In this document: positions 33,614-38,950 of the stretch, piece after piece
How the letters are laid out: every line of letters begins with the position of its first letter
How positions within the stretch are numbered: position 1 is the first letter of the stretch
From: a virus
Lineage: Duplodnaviria; Caudoviricetes
Direction: 5' to 3' (one strand)
IMG/VR virus record: IMGVR_UViG_3300016484_000093
Location: 1-38,950 of that record
Length of the DNA: 38,950 bases
Position numbers and translations under genes: made by a program
Notes under the pieces: model-generated
What the model was told of the DNA's origin: nothing
Seen by the model: only the letters and a program-made list of their open reading frames with translations
Databases searched by the model: none

Positions 33614-35301
33614 TAGTGTGTTTCCTTCCAGTTGTTACCGATTTTAAATTCACCTGTCAAAGGACAGCGCATCCCAACAGTATCTATTAATTTACCATTC
33701 TTTGTAGTTTGGTATTTCATTGTCGAGCCTGCAAGTTCAATCGCTTTGACTCCTGTTTTTCCGACTACTTCTGCAAATGCTTCAGGTGTTTCTACCTGCC
33801 ACTCATCGTGAACATTAGCTACAAACTTATGCGGAATCTTACTTTTACGAAGTTGTTCTTTAAATATAACAAGAGCCTGTTTCATTACTATCGCACCTGC
33901 GCCTTGTAGTAACGTGTTGAGCGCCGAATGCTCCGAACGAACGAGTAGCTTGCGTCCGTCAAGACCTCGTAACCAGCCTTTTTCATTGTACGCAGTAGCA
34001 ACAGTCTTGCGAAGTTGAGCGAGTTTGGGTGTGTTTTGTAGAAAATTATCAATGAGTTTCTGTCCTTCTTTCGCAGAACCTCCAACAATCGACCCGATTT
34101 TGGCACTTCCCGCACCATAGAGAAATGCATAGATAAACGTCTTAGCTTGATTCCTCGTTTGCAACCCAGCAGCGGTTTGGTTCGCTGTGTGTATATCGCC
34201 TTCAGTAACTTCATGTGTATAAGCATTGTCATTCATGTAGTGAGCCAACATACGCAATTCTAAGCCGCTTGCGTCAATGCCAACTAACTTCATACCTTTC
34301 TCAACAGTCCATAACGCACGACATTCAGGTCCATACACAGCACCGCTGTTAGGTACTTGTGCCATGTTAGGGCTGTGATGAGTCATGCGTCCTGTCACAG
34401 CACCACAGGTAATTACTTTACCGTGTACACGTCCGTCAGACTCAACTGCATCAATCCATGATTCAATCTGAGCGATACGCTTTTGTAGCATTAGATACTC
34501 TGCTATTTTTTTCGCTTCGGGGATGTCGACACCTTCGAGCGTGGTTTCGTCAACGATGATGCTACCTTTTTCCGTGGTTTTCGTTGGCTTCCAACCTTTT
34601 TCGATGAGTCGCTCTGCGATTTGCTTACGGCTTCCTGGGTTGAAGACGATGACTTCGTCTTTGAGCCTTTTTCCAGTTTTTTCTGAATATCGTTCAACTG
34701 TTTTCGTTGGGAATACACTCTGTAATTCATTTTCAATATCAGATAACTTACCTTTAAGTTCTGTAAGAAGTCCGATAGCTTGTCTTTCATCCAATTTGAA
34801 ACCGTTGCGTTCTTGTTCTGCAACGATGATTGCGACTTCGTGTTCGAGGTCGATGCTCTGCTGCGAGTAGTCATTTTTCATTTCCCTTTCTAAGAAAAGA
34901 TATAACTGCTTTGTTACTAACGTATCTTGCTCACAATACTGAATCATCTCAGGTGTTAAACCACCATCGAAGTCTGTGAAGTCACCTTTAGGAAAACCTA
35001 ATCGTTGACCCCATGATGCAAGACTATGTCCGCCTTCTAACTGTGGGTTATAAAGACGGGACAATACCAATGTGTCAACGACTTGTTTCTTTTTCATCGT
35101 GACACCCCATAACTTCTTAAGCACAGGACCATCAAAGCCAATACCGTTGTGCATAATCACTTTCTCTGCACGATTGATAAGGTCTTGTAGTGCGTCCTTG
35201 CCTGTGAAACGAACAACTTTATCGTTGTCAATGTCACGAGCAACTGCTAACCAAATATGACTAGCTGTGCTGTTTGTTTCTATGTCAAGAACTATACGCA
35301 T
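33613..35301 (-). CDS. polA: Family A DNA polymerase (T7 gp5-like)
   Basis: Exonuclease motifs DIET, HNGIGFD and YCEQD; motif A DASGLELR, motif B RNQAKTFIYAFLYG, motif C VHDE. Confidence 0.97.
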   Translation of the reverse strand: MRIVLDIETNSTASHIWLAVARDIDNDKVVRFTGKDALQDLINRAEKVIMHNGIGFDGPVLKKLWGVTMKKKQVVDTLVLSRLYNPQLEGGHSLASWGQRLGFPKGDFTDFDGGLTPEMIQYCEQDTLVTKQLYLFLEREMKNDYSQQSIDLEHEVAIIVAEQERNGFKLDERQAIGLLTELKGKLSDIENELQSVFPTKTVERYSEKTGKRLKDEVIVFNPGSRKQIAERLIEKGWKPTKTTEKGSIIVDETTLEGVDIPEAKKIAEYLMLQKRIAQIESWIDAVESDGRVHGKVITCGAVTGRMTHHSPNMAQVPNSGAVYGPECRALWTVEKGMKLVGIDASGLELRMLAHYMNDNAYTHEVTEGDIHTANQTAAGLQTRNQAKTFIYAFLYGAGSAKIGSIVGGSAKEGQKLIDNFLQNTPKLAQLRKTVATAYNEKGWLRGLDGRKLLVRSEHSALNTLLQGAGAIVMKQALVIFKEQLRKSKIPHKFVANVHDEWQVETPEAFAEVVGKTGVKAIELAGSTMKYQTTKNGKLIDTVGMRCPLTGEFKIGNNWKETH

Positions 35302-35497
35302 AGTTTATTATACCGCCTAAATACATCATCACAGCTACAAATTCAACAACAAATAAAGCATAGTCTTTATCTTTTATACCTGACCATGCCCATAGTGCTG
35401 ACCCAATAAACCCAAACCAAATGTTACTTGGATATACGTTTAGGCTTGTTAGTCCGATTCCGACTAGGCAAAGTATCGTTCCCGTCCACTTTAGCAT
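35285..35497 (-). CDS. Small multi-pass membrane protein
   Basis: 70 aa with three hydrophobic segments. Confidence 0.7.
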   Translation of the reverse strand: MLKWTGTILCLVGIGLTSLNVYPSNIWFGFIGSALWAWSGIKDKDYALFVVEFVAVMMYLGGIINYAYSS

Positions 35498-35651
35498 CTT
35501 CTGTCCTTGGTTCGTTAAACAACGCAGCTAGAATGTCTTGCAACTCTGGCTCTGTGTAAACTTCTGTCTTACCATCGCTAAAGTAAACTGTTCTGTCTAC
35601 AATGCGTGTAATACTTGATATATTGATGTAACTGTTTCCAATCTTAATCAT
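35424..35651 (-). CDS. Hypothetical protein
   Basis: ATGA-coupled ORF. Confidence 0.65.
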   Translation of the reverse strand: MIKIGNSYINISSITRIVDRTVYFSDGKTEVYTEPELQDILAALFNEPRTEDAKVDGNDTLPSRNRTNKPKRISK

Positions 35652-35830
35652 TTGCGTTTCACCTTTATAAAAGCAGACATACGATGGATAAAACCTTGTT
35701 CGTCATACACAAAAGCAAACTCGTTGAAGATGTTACGCATTTGGTATTCTTTGCCTTCTAGCTCGAACTTCTCAGCCACTTTCAATTCTTTCAAGTCGCA
35801 CATATCGGCAATATCGTGTTCGTTTAGCAT
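35648..35830 (-). CDS. Hypothetical protein
   Basis: 60-aa ORF with AAGGA ribosome-binding site. Confidence 0.7.
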   Translation of the reverse strand: MLNEHDIADMCDLKELKVAEKFELEGKEYQMRNIFNEFAFVYDEQGFIHRMSAFIKVKRK

Positions 35831-36177
35831 AGTTTTTCCTTAATTAGTTTCTTAAAATCGTGATGGTCTTCACGGCGATATTCCCAAAAATTTAATTTGT
35901 CAGGATGAATCACTACAAAGACACGTGCTAAATCAGGGGCATTGTCGTTTCCGATTTTAAATTTACCTTCTTTCTCACTAACGATAGATTCATGCACTAA
36001 TACTTCTACAATCGTTCTTGCAGAATAATGAGTTCTTCCTCTGGCAATTATTTTAAGAGCGGTATTTTCAAATGCTTCAACTATGTGCCAATTTTTATCA
36101 AACCATTCACTTGGTTTCTTAAAGAAAGACGAATTATCATCAATGAACTTTAAAACTTCCAATTTAGTAAGTCTCAT
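35824..36177 (-). CDS. Hypothetical phage protein
   Basis: 117-aa ORF with HYSARTI...FKIGN motif. Confidence 0.75.
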   Translation of the reverse strand: MRLTKLEVLKFIDDNSSFFKKPSEWFDKNWHIVEAFENTALKIIARGRTHYSARTIVEVLVHESIVSEKEGKFKIGNDNAPDLARVFVVIHPDKLNFWEYRREDHHDFKKLIKEKLC

Positions 36178-36515
36178 TTGCTATCCTTTCGGTATTTGTC
36201 AATTTCTTCATCAAGCTGAATTCCTGTAATCCATGTCCAACGATGCCCTCGACCGTCGCACATCAACACAGTAGGGGCTACGACATCTTCGGGAATATCC
36301 CATGACGAAGACTTCAGCCACAAATATCGTTCTGAGTTTTCCCATGTTTCAACATCGTCAACAATCTGAGACAAGACATTGCGATTCAAGTCTCTAAGAC
36401 GTTCAACTTCATCACAGAGAGCATTGATGTAATTCCTAGTAACGGAATATTCGTCATGCTTAGCATACTTTCTTGCCTGTTCAACTAGGTCTGTTTTCTT
36501 GTCTTTATAGCTCAT
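36174..36515 (-). CDS. Hypothetical protein
   Basis: Start MSYKD at 36515 after GAGG; ERYLWL...LDEEID motif. Confidence 0.7.
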   Translation of the reverse strand: MSYKDKKTDLVEQARKYAKHDEYSVTRNYINALCDEVERLRDLNRNVLSQIVDDVETWENSERYLWLKSSSWDIPEDVVAPTVLMCDGRGHRWTWITGIQLDEEIDKYRKDSK

Positions 36516-37044
36516 TTTTTTCCTCAAGTTTTACAACCATTGCTTTTAGAATGGGAAGTATATCATATTCGCCATACTCACCTAAAGTGCTATTAACTGC
36601 TGCTAGGACTATCCTTGTATTTTCTGGAGAATAGTTTTTATTACTAGCGTCAATTCGGTCTAAAGACGGAGCGTACGGGTTAAGTCTTGTTTTTTGAGAG
36701 GGTAATAAATCAAAAGGAAGACCTGTTAATTCGCAACATCCTTTGACTATTTTTTCTTCAATCCATTCCTGTGTTATTGTGACTTTGAATCCTTTTTTAT
36801 GAGAGCGGTTTCTTGCAGAATTAAGCAACATAAAAGAACGACCACGAGGTGTTTCTCGTCTATCTGCCTGTCGTTTTAAACCTCGTTTATTTATTTTAGC
36901 AAAGGATGCTGGAGATAGCCACTGTTCCTTAAAAAATCCATCTTTCTTAACTTTTTTCGTCATGTATTTAACAAAACGATATCCGTCCTTTCTAGTGTCT
37001 CCGTATTTAAAAGGTTGGTTAGTATCTGTGTTGTTTCTTTTCAT
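36505..37044 (-). mobile_element. Putative freestanding HNH-like (His-Me finger) endonuclease
   Basis: CELTGLPF...PSLDRID...Y...N...N motif; ATG at 37044 after GAGGA; has its own promoter. Confidence 0.7.
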
Positions 37045-37072
37045 GGTTTCCTCATTAATATTATGTATCAGT

Positions 37073-37101
37073 AGTTTACCACAACTTCGGCTACTTGTCA
37101 A
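37073..37101 (-). promoter_or_regulatory. Sigma70-type promoter upstream of the endonuclease gene
   Basis: TTGACA-N17-TAAACT with extended -10 TG. Confidence 0.75.
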
Positions 37102-37108
37102 TGAGTTT

Positions 37109-38698
37109 TTATAGTTCATGTTCAACAATCTCTTTTAAACGACCTGTAAAGTCATCATAATATAAACTACAAGCATACCCTGTGTATCCTGTGTATCTTG
37201 ATTTAAGAACTCTAACACGGGTTGTATTCCGTTCCATAATATCATCTGCTTGGCTATTCCTTTCAGCTCCAATAACTGCGTCAGATAACTGAGCAATCGC
37301 TCCTGAGCCACGTAACATACCTAGACTTGTAACAGCGCCATCCTCTAAAGATTTTCCTTCGGGTCGTTTCAAATGAGAAACTAGGAGCAGACTGCAATTC
37401 ATTTCTTGCACGAAAGTTCGCAACTTTGTCATAACCATGTCAATATTCTTTCGTTCATCACCACCTGCTTGGTCAGAGACTAAAATAGATAAATGGTCTA
37501 GTACTAAATATTTACAATTTAATGCTTTTACAAAATATTTTAGCCTTGCTAACACATTCTCAATAGCATTAGACCCAAAGTGATTCCATAAAAACACACG
37601 ATTGTCTAAATCTAATCTCTGATAAACAGAATCAATTTCTTGTGGAGAGTATACTGCATCTGGCAAATGAATTTTTTTATTGATTTCTAAACCAATCAGC
37701 CCACGCATTGTCCGCTCTGGAGTTTCTTCTAAAAAAGCTAAACCTACTTTCTCATTAGTATTATTTAAAATATGAGACACAAGCTCTCGTAAGATAGTTG
37801 ATTTACCTAGTCCAGAACCAGCAGCTAGGGTAACAAGCTCAGCATGGCGAATACCATATAGCAGTTTATTAAGACCATTCCAAGGATATAACACAGGAGC
37901 AATGCCTAAAGGTTTTTTAAGGTCTTCAATAAGAATACCTGCACTAATAATACCATCAGGTACAAACTGCTCAGCTTTCCAGAAACAATCTAAAAGCTCC
38001 GTACTTGCTTTATTCTGTAAATATTCAACAGGGTCTTTGTATTTCTTTAGTTTCATAATTCTAGCTTTGTTGCCAAATAATTCAGCAACTTCACTAGCAG
38101 CTTTTACACCTGGCTCATCGTTATCGAAGCAAATAACAATGTTTTCAAAAGAATCCAGCCATTCATATTGCGCCTTACAATCTTTTAACGCAGCCTGAGC
38201 GCCATTACGAATCGACACAACGGGATACTTAGAACCCATCGCTTGATACATGGCTACGCAGTCCGTTTCTCCTTCTGTAATCGTTACATATCTACCGCCT
38301 TTATTAAAATTACATTGTCCAAACAACAAAGCATTTTTAAAGTCTCCCGCAATAGAAAATTCTTTACTAGATACTTTTCGAACTTTAATAGCTGTTAACA
38401 CACCATCCGCATCGAAATAAGGATAGTAATGTTTGTCGTTATCCTGCCGAATTCCATATGCTAAGCAAGAAGACGCAGTAATACCACGGTCAATGATACT
38501 AAGAGTAGAAGCATTGTCATAAAAAGATAAGTCCTTGTTCATAGGTTTAATTGGTTCTTTCTTGGTTGTTGTTCCATCGCCTTTAATGAAAGTGTGACAT
38601 ACATGACAATATTGGTGGTTATCGTCGTAGAGACTGTTCCCATCGCTAGAGCCACACGCATCACAGGCAATGTGTTTTAAAAACTTACTATCGTTCAT
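37109..38698 (-). CDS. DNA primase-helicase (T7 gp4-like)
   Basis: Zn finger CDAC...CHVC, TOPRIM ITEGETD and FDND, Walker A AGSGLGKS, LDHL, LRGSGAIAQLSD and KSRYTG. Confidence 0.96.
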   Translation of the reverse strand: MNDSKFLKHIACDACGSSDGNSLYDDNHQYCHVCHTFIKGDGTTTKKEPIKPMNKDLSFYDNASTLSIIDRGITASSCLAYGIRQDNDKHYYPYFDADGVLTAIKVRKVSSKEFSIAGDFKNALLFGQCNFNKGGRYVTITEGETDCVAMYQAMGSKYPVVSIRNGAQAALKDCKAQYEWLDSFENIVICFDNDEPGVKAASEVAELFGNKARIMKLKKYKDPVEYLQNKASTELLDCFWKAEQFVPDGIISAGILIEDLKKPLGIAPVLYPWNGLNKLLYGIRHAELVTLAAGSGLGKSTILRELVSHILNNTNEKVGLAFLEETPERTMRGLIGLEINKKIHLPDAVYSPQEIDSVYQRLDLDNRVFLWNHFGSNAIENVLARLKYFVKALNCKYLVLDHLSILVSDQAGGDERKNIDMVMTKLRTFVQEMNCSLLLVSHLKRPEGKSLEDGAVTSLGMLRGSGAIAQLSDAVIGAERNSQADDIMERNTTRVRVLKSRYTGYTGYACSLYYDDFTGRLKEIVEHEL

Positions 38699-38925
38699 TT
38701 AATCCCATGCCTTTCTTCTATTGCTCTTGCATAGTTATATGCAATATGACCAATGTTTCCGCCTTCCCACAAACTTTTCCAAATGTCATGTATTTCCTCA
38801 TCACTTAACTCTCTTGGTGCTGTGTAGAGTGGGATATTTATTTCTGAAAATTTGTTTTCTTCAAACTGAAGTGATTTTCCGTTATCCACATCTATAATCA
38901 TCCACGCTACTGGTTCATTATTCAT
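38695..38925 (-). CDS. Hypothetical protein (EPVAWM...IPLYTAP...LSDEEI module family)
   Basis: 76-aa ORF with ATGA overlaps; shares modules with the 1..374 protein. Confidence 0.8.
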   Translation of the reverse strand: MNNEPVAWMIIDVDNGKSLQFEENKFSEINIPLYTAPRELSDEEIHDIWKSLWEGGNIGHIAYNYARAIEERHGIK

Positions 38926-38950
38926 TTTTCACTCGCTTTCTTAAATGCTT

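Noticed and set aside
1-38950. Phage RNA polymerase, integrase or repressor, alternative genetic code
   Set aside because: No ORF of suitable size or motif; core genes are uninterrupted in the standard code.

Overview
Nearly complete (~39 kb) genome of a lytic podovirus-type tailed phage, shown circularly permuted. The + arm (5281-28043) holds packaging, head, tail-fibre, tail, ejection and lysis genes. The - arm begins at an early promoter (~4400), runs through small early genes to position 1, and apparently resumes at the window end. It continues through a T7-like replisome (primase-helicase, family A polymerase, SSB, 5'-3' exonuclease, resolvase, DUF3310, class II ribonucleotide reductase) to a terminator at ~28050. 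No phage RNA polymerase, integrase, tRNA, CRISPR or reverse transcriptase was found, and transcription appears to use host sigma70-type promoters. The most notable signals are non-coding. They are a canonical hammerhead ribozyme just after the first early gene, a ~170-nt multi-stem RNA candidate upstream of the terminase, an antisense promoter plus hairpin that shares a 17-bp motif with the early promoter, and a repeat-rich putative terminus region. Four of five freestanding homing endonucleases, from different families, end with a degenerate copy of the gene end they follow. All calls come from reading motifs by eye; no database searches or folding programs were run.
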